Assembly (NCBI GenBank): GCA_005191425.1
Contig: SUPR01000010.1
Coordinates: 21,014 to 53,013 of the forward strand
DNA: 32,000 nucleotides
Direction: 5' to 3'
Source of the DNA: Candidatus Helarchaeota ASGARD archaeon Hel_GB_B
GTDB lineage: Archaea; Asgardarchaeota; Lokiarchaeia; Helarchaeales; HEL-GB-B
The first letter of the stretch is position 1, and the number at the start of each line of letters is the position of its first letter. Shown piece by piece: positions 9,200-18,744 of this stretch. A model generated the notes under the pieces. It saw nothing but the letters and a program-made list of their open reading frames with translations, was not told the origin of the DNA and searched no databases. The translations under genes and the position numbers were made by a program.

Positions 9200-9591
9200 A
9201 ATAAATACGATATTATTTTCTGATTAGTTATCAAATTTTTACTATTAATTAACAAAATTTCTGTATTAACATTAAATTTAATTTGTAATATCCTAAAAGT
9301 TAAAAACTTCAAGAAAAAATAGTGTAAAATCTATTTTTCTCGCAATTCTAATCATGAATTTTCTTTTAAAAAAATCATGAAAAATTCCGTGAAAATTAAA
9401 AATTTCCTACTTTATCCATATCTCACCGATTTTTAATATTCTAATTTGATTTTCGCTTATGAATATAGAATATAAATTGAAATTATTATTTTTTTAATTG
9501 TTTTAAAAACAAGTTTATTAATTTAGAATAAAAAAAATAGAAAATAATGCATTTAAATTTTTTAGGTTCCAAATAATGGATAGTGAATTAA

Positions 9592-9903
9592 TTATTCACC
9601 TTTAACCTTTTTAATTAATTCTTCTAATTCATTTTGGTCTTTTATAAAAGGAATATCAGGTATATAACCGGGAAGTCCTCTTGTTAATTCTTCAATGAGA
9701 TACATTAACGCCTTGGGAGCGTCCAGTTCCCTAATATCTAAACTGCTACCATCAAATGTATAGGATACTTCTTTCCATTTGCTCTTTTCTGGGTCTAATG
9801 AATAAATTAAGTAAATATAATCTTTAGTATGAATTATTACAGAGGTAACTCCTGGGGACATCGAATTATTCAAAATTTCGACCATTTCATTTGCTTTTGA
9901 CAT
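9592..9903 (-). CDS. Hypothetical protein
   Basis: 103-aa ORF with protein-like composition, SD-like GAGGGA upstream; no family recognised. Confidence 0.7.
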   Translation of the reverse strand: MSKANEMVEILNNSMSPGVTSVIIHTKDYIYLIYSLDPEKSKWKEVSYTFDGSSLDIRELDAPKALMYLIEELTRGLPGYIPDIPFIKDQNELEELIKKVKGE

Positions 9904-10047
9904 CGAATCCCTCTTTGTTTTTTATTTGTTTTATTACAATTATTAATTAAATTATTAAACTTTTCTAACATTAAAATAAATTAAAATGTATCTAAAAACA
10001 ATTGGTCTTTTGAGAATTGATTTCTCTTTTTAGATTTTAAAAAGCAT

Positions 10048-10344
10048 GTGATAAATATGAGTTATAAGTCATTAAAAAATAAAAAGTATTTAGATGCTAT
10101 AATAAATAGAGTAAAAGACACTAAAATTTCTCTACCTGAAATGATTCAAAAACTTCGGATCAAATTATCCACATTCTATCAATTGATTGATGAAAATAAA
10201 TTGGAAGAATTAAGAACCGCCCAAAATACGGATGTTAAAAATATCATCTTTAAAAATATTATGACAAATATTAATGATTTAGAAGACTTTTTAATAGATT
10301 TTTTAAAAAATTTAGAATTAGAATTATCTAGATTACAGCTTTAA
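10048..10344 (+). CDS. Hypothetical helical protein
   Basis: 98-aa ORF (GTG start, or ATG at 10057); no family recognised. Confidence 0.5.
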   Translation: MINMSYKSLKNKKYLDAIINRVKDTKISLPEMIQKLRIKLSTFYQLIDENKLEELRTAQNTDVKNIIFKNIMTNINDLEDFLIDFLKNLELELSRLQL

Positions 10345-10593
10345 TTAATTCAAATATTTTATTTTTCAATTTAAAAAAGAAAATGTTATTCAAATTTATT
10401 GATGCCTAAAAGTATATTGAAAAAATTGATGGTCTTTTGCATAATTTCAATTTATTTTGATAGATACTATTAAATTTAGGTTATGACTAAAATATTTATT
10501 TATTTCATATAGAAAAAATGTAAAATCTGAATTTTTATAAAAATTAGGCATTAATAAAAAGAAAATATATTTCAAATAATAATGTGAATAAAA

Positions 10594-11901
10594 TTGAGAA
10601 AATCAATAAAATGGGTCATAATAGTATCAAGTATAATATTTATTTTATTCATAACATGGTTTATACCAATTATTTTCGATAATTTAGGTCCCACCCCAAG
10701 ATTTGTTGAAGAAGATTGGACGGAATTAGATAAAATATATGCAATAGGTAAGTTTCATTCCACATTAGGTCATGGTTATCCGGATGATAATTCTCAATAT
10801 TCCGATAAGCATTATTTTATACCCCTTTTTAATTGGGGAAATTCAAGTAATAAAATAAAGGTTTTTTCTCCGTTTGAAGGGAGAATAGTCAATATTTTTT
10901 GGGAAAAACACCGGTTTTCAGATGGGACAATTCAAGGGCACCAGATTTGGATAGAATCAGTACTTCATCCGTCAATTATAGTAAAGTTATTTCACATAAA
11001 TATTGAACCTACTAATCTAAAAATATTTCAATATGTCCATGCATGGCAATTATTAGGATATATGGACGCTCGTGAATGGTGTTCAACAGATATAGCGGTG
11101 ACAAGAGGATTTAAAACAATTTCATGGTTTGAAATTTTATCAAACTCTTTATTTGAAAAATATAAAGAACGAGGCATTATAAGTCGGGAATTAATGATTA
11201 AAACGGAACAAGAAGCGCAAGAGAGTTTTGCTATGGGCTATAGTTTTTCACTTAGTGACCCGGGAGACTATGTATTGCTAAAAAATACAACTTTTCCTCA
11301 GATAATAGATAATAATTTTATTAATATTTCTAAAATAGGAGCAATCTCATATATGCCAAATATTCTATATGATACTGAAGATAATTATTTTAACGAAAAT
11401 GTTTCATGGAGTGTCATGTTCAAATTAAATCCGAATAAAGTAAATCCGAATGGATATTCTACTGAATTTAAAGCTCCTTTTACAGCAAGAATTGAAAGAG
11501 TTGACAGTCCCTCATTTAAAAATCCAGTTATCATTTTAAGATATATTAATTCTACAAGCACGAATTATACAATTAATGATTTTGAATTAGATTTAGAAAT
11601 ATATAACATATCTGCAATACCAAATATCACAAATGGAGAAATAATAAAATCTGGAGAACTATTAGGTTATGTTGGAAAATATTTTAATATTGAATGTGTA
11701 GCATGGGGCAATACGCAATACATACCTGTATTCGGGTTAATGAATAACGCAGTTTGGGAAAAATGGCATTCGCAAAATTTGAATAATCGTTCACAAATGG
11801 CCCTTAACTATGATGAATACAGAGCTAAAGTAAACCAATATGGATATTCTACCTATCACTTTTCAGAGAGTCCTATTTGGTGGATTAATATAACAACCTA
11901 G
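10594..11901 (+). CDS. N-terminally membrane-anchored protein with two M23/duplicated-hybrid-like repeats
   Basis: Basic N-terminus plus hydrophobic helix; VFSPFEGRIV...KLFHI...WQLLGY and FKAPFTARIE...IKSGELLGYVG resemble M23-fold beta motifs; internal duplication visible by eye. Confidence 0.55.
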   Translation: MRKSIKWVIIVSSIIFILFITWFIPIIFDNLGPTPRFVEEDWTELDKIYAIGKFHSTLGHGYPDDNSQYSDKHYFIPLFNWGNSSNKIKVFSPFEGRIVNIFWEKHRFSDGTIQGHQIWIESVLHPSIIVKLFHINIEPTNLKIFQYVHAWQLLGYMDAREWCSTDIAVTRGFKTISWFEILSNSLFEKYKERGIISRELMIKTEQEAQESFAMGYSFSLSDPGDYVLLKNTTFPQIIDNNFINISKIGAISYMPNILYDTEDNYFNENVSWSVMFKLNPNKVNPNGYSTEFKAPFTARIERVDSPSFKNPVIILRYINSTSTNYTINDFELDLEIYNISAIPNITNGEIIKSGELLGYVGKYFNIECVAWGNTQYIPVFGLMNNAVWEKWHSQNLNNRSQMALNYDEYRAKVNQYGYSTYHFSESPIWWINITT

Positions 11902-12140
11902 TCTAGTACCGATTAAATTATCAATGCTTCTAAAGATTTTAAGTTTAGTTTAAAATATTTTACAATTATGAGACTAATAAGTCTATGATAAATGGTTTAT
12001 ACTTGAAAAAATACTGGAAAATTTGTTAGATATTCTAAAAAATTTGAATTTTCAAAGATATAATAAATCTCTAAATTTTCTTATTTTCTCTTTTAATATA
12101 TTAATAAGAGACATTATATAAATCCAATAGTCATAAATTA

Positions 12141-12584
12141 ATGAAAAAAATAACAATAAATAATGTTAATATGTTATTTTTGTCGGTACTGCTTTTTTTT
12201 AATGAGAAATATTTAAAAAAATTTAGAATTAAAATATTATTTAAAAAAAGACTTTGTGATTTAATGCCTTTTGAAGAAAAAATCGAAAAAGTATATGGAA
12301 CAATTCTCGATCAAATAGAAAAAATGGAGAAAAAAATTATTAAAGAAAATTCAATGAAAGAAATAACTCAGAGCGATCTTAAAGATTTAGGATTTACAGA
12401 CGAAGATATTAACTATTTGGTATTTAAAAAAAGATTACTTATTAAATATAAAAATGATTTAGGTTCTAATAATATTCAAGATAGTATTTATGAAATACCA
12501 TCAGATTATTATTATCAGAAAATTCTATCTAATCAAAAGATAAAGCATATAAAAAGATTAAAAGAATTAGAACGGATGAAATAG
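12141..12584 (+). CDS. Hypothetical protein (true start probably ATG 12264, MPFEEKIEK)
   Basis: The C-terminal 106 aa look protein-like (possible winged helix); the first 41 aa look like AT-rich read-through. Confidence 0.55.
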   Translation: MKKITINNVNMLFLSVLLFFNEKYLKKFRIKILFKKRLCDLMPFEEKIEKVYGTILDQIEKMEKKIIKENSMKEITQSDLKDLGFTDEDINYLVFKKRLLIKYKNDLGSNNIQDSIYEIPSDYYYQKILSNQKIKHIKRLKELERMK

Positions 12585-12746
12585 TGAATTATCTTATTAC
12601 TAAATTTAAAGTATCTATTATTAATAAAAAAAGTCTTAAATAAAATTGCTAATTTTAATGACGACAAGATGATATTAATTTATAAATTTAAAAAATAATA
12701 TAATTATAATACTAAATAATAAAAATCGTTTTTTAGAGGTATAAAA

Positions 12747-13142
12747 ATGGTCAAATTTGGATCTGAAGAATGGGGCAAACAATTTTGCCAAAAGTTAAAT
12801 GAAAGTGAAGCATATAATAAAGCAGCTGAAACATGGGAAGGCGACTTTGTTTTTGTGATGGAATTTGAAGATGGAACAAAAGAAGTAAGACTTTATGTTG
12901 ATTTATGGCATGGTAAATGCAGAGGAACAGCAATTGTAGGATCTGATAAAGAAGCAGAGTTTATAATGAGTGGGTCATATTCTAATTGGGTTAAAGTTGC
13001 TAAAAAGGAATTAGATCCTATTCAAGGATTAATGACTGGGAAGTTTAAATTAGAAGGTGACATGGCTAAGATTATGAGAGCTACAAAAGCAGCAGTAGAA
13101 TTAGTTAATTGTGTTACAGAAGTAGAAAATGTGGAATTTTAA
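12747..13142 (+). CDS. SCP2 sterol/lipid-carrier domain protein
   Basis: FGSEEW...LN...Y...W.GD, DLWHGKC and LDPIQGLMTGKFKLEGDM motifs; GAGGT SD. Confidence 0.88.
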   Translation: MVKFGSEEWGKQFCQKLNESEAYNKAAETWEGDFVFVMEFEDGTKEVRLYVDLWHGKCRGTAIVGSDKEAEFIMSGSYSNWVKVAKKELDPIQGLMTGKFKLEGDMAKIMRATKAAVELVNCVTEVENVEF

Positions 13143-13166
13143 AAATATTAAATGAGATGAAGTGTA

Positions 13167-14342
13167 TTGTGGTATTGGAATGCTCCTAAATTAGTCTTTG
13201 GTGATGGTGCAGTAGATTATCTTGAACAAATTAAAGGTACGAAAGCTTTTATAGTTACAGATGAAGTAATGGAAAAATTAGGTTTTGTAGAAATTGTTAG
13301 CAAAAAGCTTAGTAAATCAAAAATTGAAGTCAAGGTTTTTAATGAAGTAGAACCAGATCCATCAGTCCAAACCGTAAAAAAAGGTGGAGAAATTTGCTCA
13401 GAATATAAACCAGATATTATAATTGGACTTGGTGGTGGTTCTGCAATGGATTCAGCTAAAGCAATAGATTTCATATATGAGCAACCAGATATGAAATTAG
13501 AAGATTTATCTCCTTTTGTTTCTTTTAAATTACATCAAAAATGTAAATTAATACAAATACCTACTACATCTGGAACTGGAGCTGAAGTTACTTGGGCGGT
13601 AGTTTTAACGGATGTTAAGGAACGCCGAAAATTGTTATTAGCATCTCGAGAAATAATAGCAGATGTTGCAATAATAGACCCAATTTTTCCTGCCAAGATG
13701 CCTCCATCCTTAACAGCATCTACAGGAATTGATGCATTAACCCATGCAATAGAAGGGTATGTATCAATATGGAGAAATATTTATTCAGATGCTATGTGTA
13801 TTAAAGCAACTCAATTAGTTTTCGAAAATTTAGAAAAAGCAGTTAAAAATGGGTCAGATATGGTAGCTCGAGAAAATATGCACAATGCAGCAACTATTGC
13901 GGGATTGGGTTTTGGAAATTCTCAAGCTGGAATTGCCCATTCAATGGGTCATTCTGTCGGTGCAGTGTTCCATAAACCGCATGGTTTTTGCGTGGGAGTT
14001 GCTCTGCCTTATATCATGGAATATGAAATTTTAGCCGCTGATGAACCGAAAAAGATGTTTGCTGAACTTGGGAGGCAGGCACTTGCAATCGAAGAAAAAG
14101 ATGACTTGAAAGCATCAAAAATTCTAGTTAAAAAAGTTAGGGAACTTTTAAAAGCGACCGGCGCACCATTATCTTATCGAGAAATGGAAATTTCATCTGA
14201 AGATTTTGAAAAAAATTTCGATTTAGTTGTTGCTAATGCAGACATGGATTCATGTACTTCTACAACTAGACCAATGCCATCAAAAGAAGATTTCCAAAAA
14301 TTATTTAAAGCTGCGTTTGATGGAAAAGCCCTAACACTTTAA
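13167..14342 (+). CDS. Iron-containing alcohol dehydrogenase
   Basis: GLGGGSAMDSAK, IPTTSGTGAEVT, DALTHAIE, AHSMGH and HG metal-ligand motifs; TTG start. Confidence 0.93.
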   Translation: MWYWNAPKLVFGDGAVDYLEQIKGTKAFIVTDEVMEKLGFVEIVSKKLSKSKIEVKVFNEVEPDPSVQTVKKGGEICSEYKPDIIIGLGGGSAMDSAKAIDFIYEQPDMKLEDLSPFVSFKLHQKCKLIQIPTTSGTGAEVTWAVVLTDVKERRKLLLASREIIADVAIIDPIFPAKMPPSLTASTGIDALTHAIEGYVSIWRNIYSDAMCIKATQLVFENLEKAVKNGSDMVARENMHNAATIAGLGFGNSQAGIAHSMGHSVGAVFHKPHGFCVGVALPYIMEYEILAADEPKKMFAELGRQALAIEEKDDLKASKILVKKVRELLKATGAPLSYREMEISSEDFEKNFDLVVANADMDSCTSTTRPMPSKEDFQKLFKAAFDGKALTL

Positions 14343-14346
14343 TTTC

Positions 14347-14367
14347 AAAAAAAATTTAATTTTTTTT
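14347..14367. terminator. Candidate bidirectional oligo-T terminator
   Basis: A8-TTTAA-T8 between the convergent ADH and ferredoxin genes gives a T8 tract on each strand just after each stop codon. Confidence 0.5.
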
Positions 14368-14857
14368 ATTTAGTTAATAATTTTTTAGCTGTTTCCTTTT
14401 TTTTGTCTGAAATTGACGATTCAGGTTCCTCATATGTAATTGCATTAGACGGACATATTTTTACGCATTCAGGATCGCCACCACATAAATCACATTTAAA
14501 AACGCGACCACTTGGACTTACTAAGACGCCGCCAAATGGGCATGTAAATACGCAAATTCTACAGTGCACACATTTTTCTTCATTAATTAAGACCGCACCT
14601 GTATTTTCATCTATATAATATGCATCTCGGGGGCATGAATACATACAGATGGGTTCTTCACACTGCTCGCATGTTACAGGGACAAAAATAAATCCTTTTT
14701 CTTTATCTGAAAATTCGATGTGGTCTATTCTTGAAAGAAATGGTGATATAACAGCTTCGTGATATAATGAACAAATTAAAGAACATAACTTGCATCCAGT
14801 ACATTTCTCATAATTTACAACTATTACTTTTTTTATTGACAAAATTATCACTCCCAT
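14366..14857 (-). CDS. 4x[4Fe-4S] ferredoxin-like electron-transfer subunit (AOR partner, DmsB/CooF-like)
   Basis: CTGCKLCSLIC, CEQCEEPICMYSCP, CVHCRICVFTCP and CDLCGGDPECVKICP; overlaps the aor stop. Confidence 0.92.
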   Translation of the reverse strand: MGVIILSIKKVIVVNYEKCTGCKLCSLICSLYHEAVISPFLSRIDHIEFSDKEKGFIFVPVTCEQCEEPICMYSCPRDAYYIDENTGAVLINEEKCVHCRICVFTCPFGGVLVSPSGRVFKCDLCGGDPECVKICPSNAITYEEPESSISDKKKETAKKLLTK

Positions 14858-16689
14858 ATATCTTTAATAAATTCTTCTAAACCTAATTCTTCCAGTTTTT
14901 TCTTGCTAGGTTTTCCAGTTTCTGGGTTCCAATCTCTATATTTGTAATAATCTTTTAACATTGAATCAATATCAGGAACTTTTCCTTCAGTCCCCCCTTC
15001 AAGTGGTCGTAATAATATTTCGGGTAATTTATCATTTTTTGCTGTTAAACCCATTTTAATGTTGAAAATACGCTTTAAATTAATTAATCGCTCGCCTAAT
15101 ATTTTTAGGTCATCAATTTTTATTTTATTTCCAGTAACTGCAGTCAATAGTGAAGCAAACTCTGATGCTGTTGGAAACGAAAAATTACACATTATTGCTG
15201 AACCATAAATAGCCCTATAATTTTGTAAATTAGCAACGATTTGCGCTTTTCCTTCAATAGATTGACGGTCTCCTGGAATTATTCCCATATCAGGCTCAGG
15301 AGAACCTAAATCAGTTTCATAATTATCAGCAGTCATATGGCATGCACCTCTTGGGGATGTAGCGTAAGTGATTGCCATTCCGAAAAAGGCTCGGGGGTCA
15401 TGAAAAGGCACTTCCATTTTATTTACAACAGCCACTTCTTCTAAAGGAGCATTTAATTTTAAAGCAGTTCTATAGGAGCCTTCTGCTAATATATCACCAA
15501 ATCCTTCTCTTTTTGTAATCATTTCAATTAGTTTTAAGGCTGGGTCAATATCACCCCACGATAATTCAAAGCCCACATCTTCCTTTTTTAAAATTCCTTT
15601 TTCATAAAGATAATAGGCATATGCAATAGTTACACCACAACTAATAGTATCTAGTCCATATTCATCACATAATTCATTCGCCTTTTGAATAGCTGCCATG
15701 TCATTTACAAGAAGCGCGCCTCCAAATGCTCCAATAGTCTCATATTCGGGCCCTTTTACTATTCCTTCAGTTTTATATTTACCTTCTTTAACTTGGACGA
15801 CTCTTCCACAACATATCGGACATGCAAAACAGCATGAATTTTTTATTAATAAAGTTTCAGCTAATGTAGAACCTGAAACTTTTGGCGCATCTTCCCAAGT
15901 ACCTTGAGTAAAATATTTAAACGATAAATCGCCTAAAGTGGTAGCATAATCCCAATATCCAGAAGTACCTAAAGCTGAAAACATTTGAGTTTTGAAACTT
16001 GATTTTACTGTATCAATAGCTTTAATACCATTTTTTGCTAATTTTGTAGAATTAGAAATATTAATGCTACCATTGCCTTTTACAGCAATAGCTTTTAGGT
16101 TTTTTGAGCCAAATACTGCGCCCATACCAGTCCGGCCAGCCGCTCTTCCGAAGTCATTGATTACACAGGCATATTTTACTAAATTCTCTCCAGCTGGCCC
16201 AATAGCTGCAATTTTAACATTTTCATCATTTAATTCTTTTTTAATCATGTTTTGAACGCGTGTAATTTTTTTACCCCATAATTTTTTTGCATCTTTGATT
16301 ACTACTTTTTCATTATGAATCCAAATATATACAGGTGTGTCTGATTTACCCTTGATAATAATTCCATCAAAACCTGCATATTTTAATTCGGGGCCAAACA
16401 TTCCACCAGAATTAGATTCACCCCAAATATCAGTCAAAGGAGATTTTGCACAAATAGCATATTTTCCCACACTAGGTCCTAATGTGCCGGTTAATGGCCC
16501 AGTCATTATAATTAAAACATTTTCTGGACTTAAAGGGTCAGTATCTTTGTCTACCATATCATATAATAACCGACATGCCAAACCACTTCCACCCAGATAT
16601 TTATTAGCTAATTCTATGTCCAGCGGTATCGTTTCTATTGCAAAATCACTCAAATTTATATTTAATATTTTACCAATATACCCATTCAT
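14848..16689 (-). CDS. aor: Aldehyde:ferredoxin oxidoreductase family (tungsto/molybdopterin)
   Basis: AKSPLT, SGGMFGPELKYAGFDG, AAGRTGMGAVFGSKNLKAI, CFACPICC, PEYET, DEYGLDTIS and GACH motifs. Confidence 0.93.
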   Translation of the reverse strand: MNGYIGKILNINLSDFAIETIPLDIELANKYLGGSGLACRLLYDMVDKDTDPLSPENVLIIMTGPLTGTLGPSVGKYAICAKSPLTDIWGESNSGGMFGPELKYAGFDGIIIKGKSDTPVYIWIHNEKVVIKDAKKLWGKKITRVQNMIKKELNDENVKIAAIGPAGENLVKYACVINDFGRAAGRTGMGAVFGSKNLKAIAVKGNGSINISNSTKLAKNGIKAIDTVKSSFKTQMFSALGTSGYWDYATTLGDLSFKYFTQGTWEDAPKVSGSTLAETLLIKNSCCFACPICCGRVVQVKEGKYKTEGIVKGPEYETIGAFGGALLVNDMAAIQKANELCDEYGLDTISCGVTIAYAYYLYEKGILKKEDVGFELSWGDIDPALKLIEMITKREGFGDILAEGSYRTALKLNAPLEEVAVVNKMEVPFHDPRAFFGMAITYATSPRGACHMTADNYETDLGSPEPDMGIIPGDRQSIEGKAQIVANLQNYRAIYGSAIMCNFSFPTASEFASLLTAVTGNKIKIDDLKILGERLINLKRIFNIKMGLTAKNDKLPEILLRPLEGGTEGKVPDIDSMLKDYYKYRDWNPETGKPSKKKLEELGLEEFIKDIWE

Positions 16690-16752
16690 TTTTTACATCT
16701 AAATTAATTTTTAACTTTATAATATATATTAAATATTTTATTTTAAGAGGTA

Positions 16753-17142
16753 TTATTTCTCTAAATTTTTTCCAGGAATTATTTTTAAAATTGTACCTAC
16801 TTTTAATAATAAAAATAACCGCCTTTTGCCTTTTACTTTTAATTTTCCTGTCAACAATGCCTTGAAATCACCAATCTCTCTGCTACTATATTTAAAAAAA
16901 TTCTCGAAATTTGATTTGATTTCTAATTTTGCTACATCAGATTTAACTCCCGATTCAATTTTATAATCACCATTTCTGAACTTGATAGTAAAAATATCTA
17001 CGTTTTCAAGGATTAAGTTTATATCTACATTTAAACTTTTTAATTTTTCATTATATTTAGGTGAATTCTTCTTTTCTTCAATTAAATCCGTAATAGTATT
17101 TAAAAACATCTCTTTTAGATTCTGTCTTTCTGATTCTTCCAT
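16753..17142 (-). CDS. SCP2-like lipid-carrier domain protein
   Basis: FTIKFRNGDYKIESG...LEIKSNFENF...ALLTGKLKVKG, the SCP2 C-terminal signature. Confidence 0.75.
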   Translation of the reverse strand: MEESERQNLKEMFLNTITDLIEEKKNSPKYNEKLKSLNVDINLILENVDIFTIKFRNGDYKIESGVKSDVAKLEIKSNFENFFKYSSREIGDFKALLTGKLKVKGKRRLFLLLKVGTILKIIPGKNLEK

Positions 17143-17471
17143 TTTAATTAATCCTCTTATAATATTCTATTGTACTGATTGAAATATGTTATTAAAATTA
17201 AGGTTTTTTACCAAATTTGGATTCTAAGTTAGACCTAAATTAAGAATTATCTCTTTATAAATTTACTTCTAGCTCTTCAATAGAGAATGCAATGTTTGAT
17301 GCTAAAGTACCATTATCTTTCTACAACATTAGATATCTGTAGAATGCATTTATTTACATTGCTATTATCACTATATACACTTTTTTTATATTTTATTTAC
17401 CCTTAATCGGTAATAACTGGCTTGATGTCTGTCTTAATAAATGATATAATAGTCTCATAATAACTAAATAT

Positions 17472-17499
17472 ATCTATTGAATATAATCTATTGAATATA
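17472..17499. repeat. 14-bp perfect tandem duplication (ATCTATTGAATATA x2)
   Basis: Read directly in the intergenic region. Confidence 0.8.
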
Positions 17500-17587
17500 A
17501 GAAAAAAATATAGATAATCAGAATTATAATCATCTAAATTAAAAATTAATTTAAAAAAAGATGTAATAAAAATTAATAATTAAAAAA

Positions 17588-18430
17588 TTAGGGAACTCCA
17601 GATAATTTCAGTCCTAAAATATGAATTTGTATAATTTTAAGAGGAGTTGAAATTCCAAATTTAATATCTTGGTGAAATCCATCTCTTAACTTTTTAAAAT
17701 TGGAAATATACTTTTTAGAAATTCCACGGTTGATAAAATAATAACATATTTTTTCAATACTAGGCCTCGTTCCTTTAATATAATAATAACTGGACAACAT
17801 AGACCATTTTAATGATTCTATTTCATATTTTGTGGCTTTAGGCGTAAATGGATATAATAAGAAACTTACTATGGATACTAAAAGGTTCAAAACCATATTT
17901 TTTAGTAATTGAACAAAGAATCGTTTAGGTTTTCGTAATTTCTCTAATAAATTTTCACCATATATATGTCTACACCTGTTTAAAACAGTACCAATGACCA
18001 AATTTGTTGGTGCCAGTACCAATGAAACGAAACTATTTACGTTAAACATTTTTGAAAAACGTAGATTAATAAAGTCAGTTTTTTTACACACAAATAACGA
18101 GATGAACATTCCTGTGGATGTATCCATTATACTTAAAACTCTTTCAAGAAAACCATGAGGTTTATTAAAGAACCCATATTTTATAGCGAATTCTCGAGCA
18201 ACTTTTCTAATAAAACGGATATCTTTTTGTGTAGAATTGTCTTTAAGAATACAAATTAAATCACAATCACTTGTTTCACATAAATCCCCAGTTAAGCTAG
18301 ACCCAAATACCATCATTGAATTTATTTTATCTGCATAATTTGTTTTTAGAAATTTGAAGATATTTACTACATAACTTCTCGCTCGATCAGGTAAAAAATC
18401 TATTGCAATTTCATCATTGCCTATTTTCAT
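17588..18430 (-). CDS. Nucleotidyltransferase (MNT/Pol-beta) domain protein with helical C-terminal domain
   Basis: MMVFGSSLTGDLCETSDCDLICIL is the hGS..G......SD.D motif; the C-terminal half is helical and unassigned. Confidence 0.75.
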   Translation of the reverse strand: MKIGNDEIAIDFLPDRARSYVVNIFKFLKTNYADKINSMMVFGSSLTGDLCETSDCDLICILKDNSTQKDIRFIRKVAREFAIKYGFFNKPHGFLERVLSIMDTSTGMFISLFVCKKTDFINLRFSKMFNVNSFVSLVLAPTNLVIGTVLNRCRHIYGENLLEKLRKPKRFFVQLLKNMVLNLLVSIVSFLLYPFTPKATKYEIESLKWSMLSSYYYIKGTRPSIEKICYYFINRGISKKYISNFKKLRDGFHQDIKFGISTPLKIIQIHILGLKLSGVP

Positions 18431-18690
18431 TTTTAAAACTCCAAAAGTTTGGCAAATTCATATTCTTAATTTATAATAATTAACTATTCTATTCGATTAA
18501 AACTCTTTTAAATTTAAATGCAATTTTTGTAATATTTATTTATATTAAAATTTTAATATTAAATGAAAATTTTTTAACTCTACATTTATAAAATTTCAAA
18601 ATTAAATCTATATTATAATTACATTTATAAAAGTATTTTGATTTTTTTAACTTATAAAAGAAATAATGGTATTATTTTAATAGACCAATT

Positions 18691-18744
18691 AGTTTTATAG
18701 GAGTTAGATATAGATGGAGTTTTATAGGAGTTAGATATAGATGG
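18691..18744 (+). repeat. 27-bp perfect tandem duplication containing SD and start codon
   Basis: AGTTTTATAGGAGTTAGATATAGATGG at 18691-18717 and 18718-18744. Confidence 0.92.

Noticed and set aside
9350-9395. Repeated AATCATGAA (palindromic TCATGA core) about 23 bp apart
   Set aside because: Only two short copies in very AT-rich DNA between convergent genes; not distinguishable from chance.
17288-17407. 39-aa plus-strand ORF (MQCLMLKYH...) in the intergenic gap
   Set aside because: No SD or motif, and composition typical of random AT-rich sequence.
18691-18744. 27-bp repeat as a CRISPR remnant
   Set aside because: The copies are directly adjacent with no spacer, and there are no further copies or cas genes.
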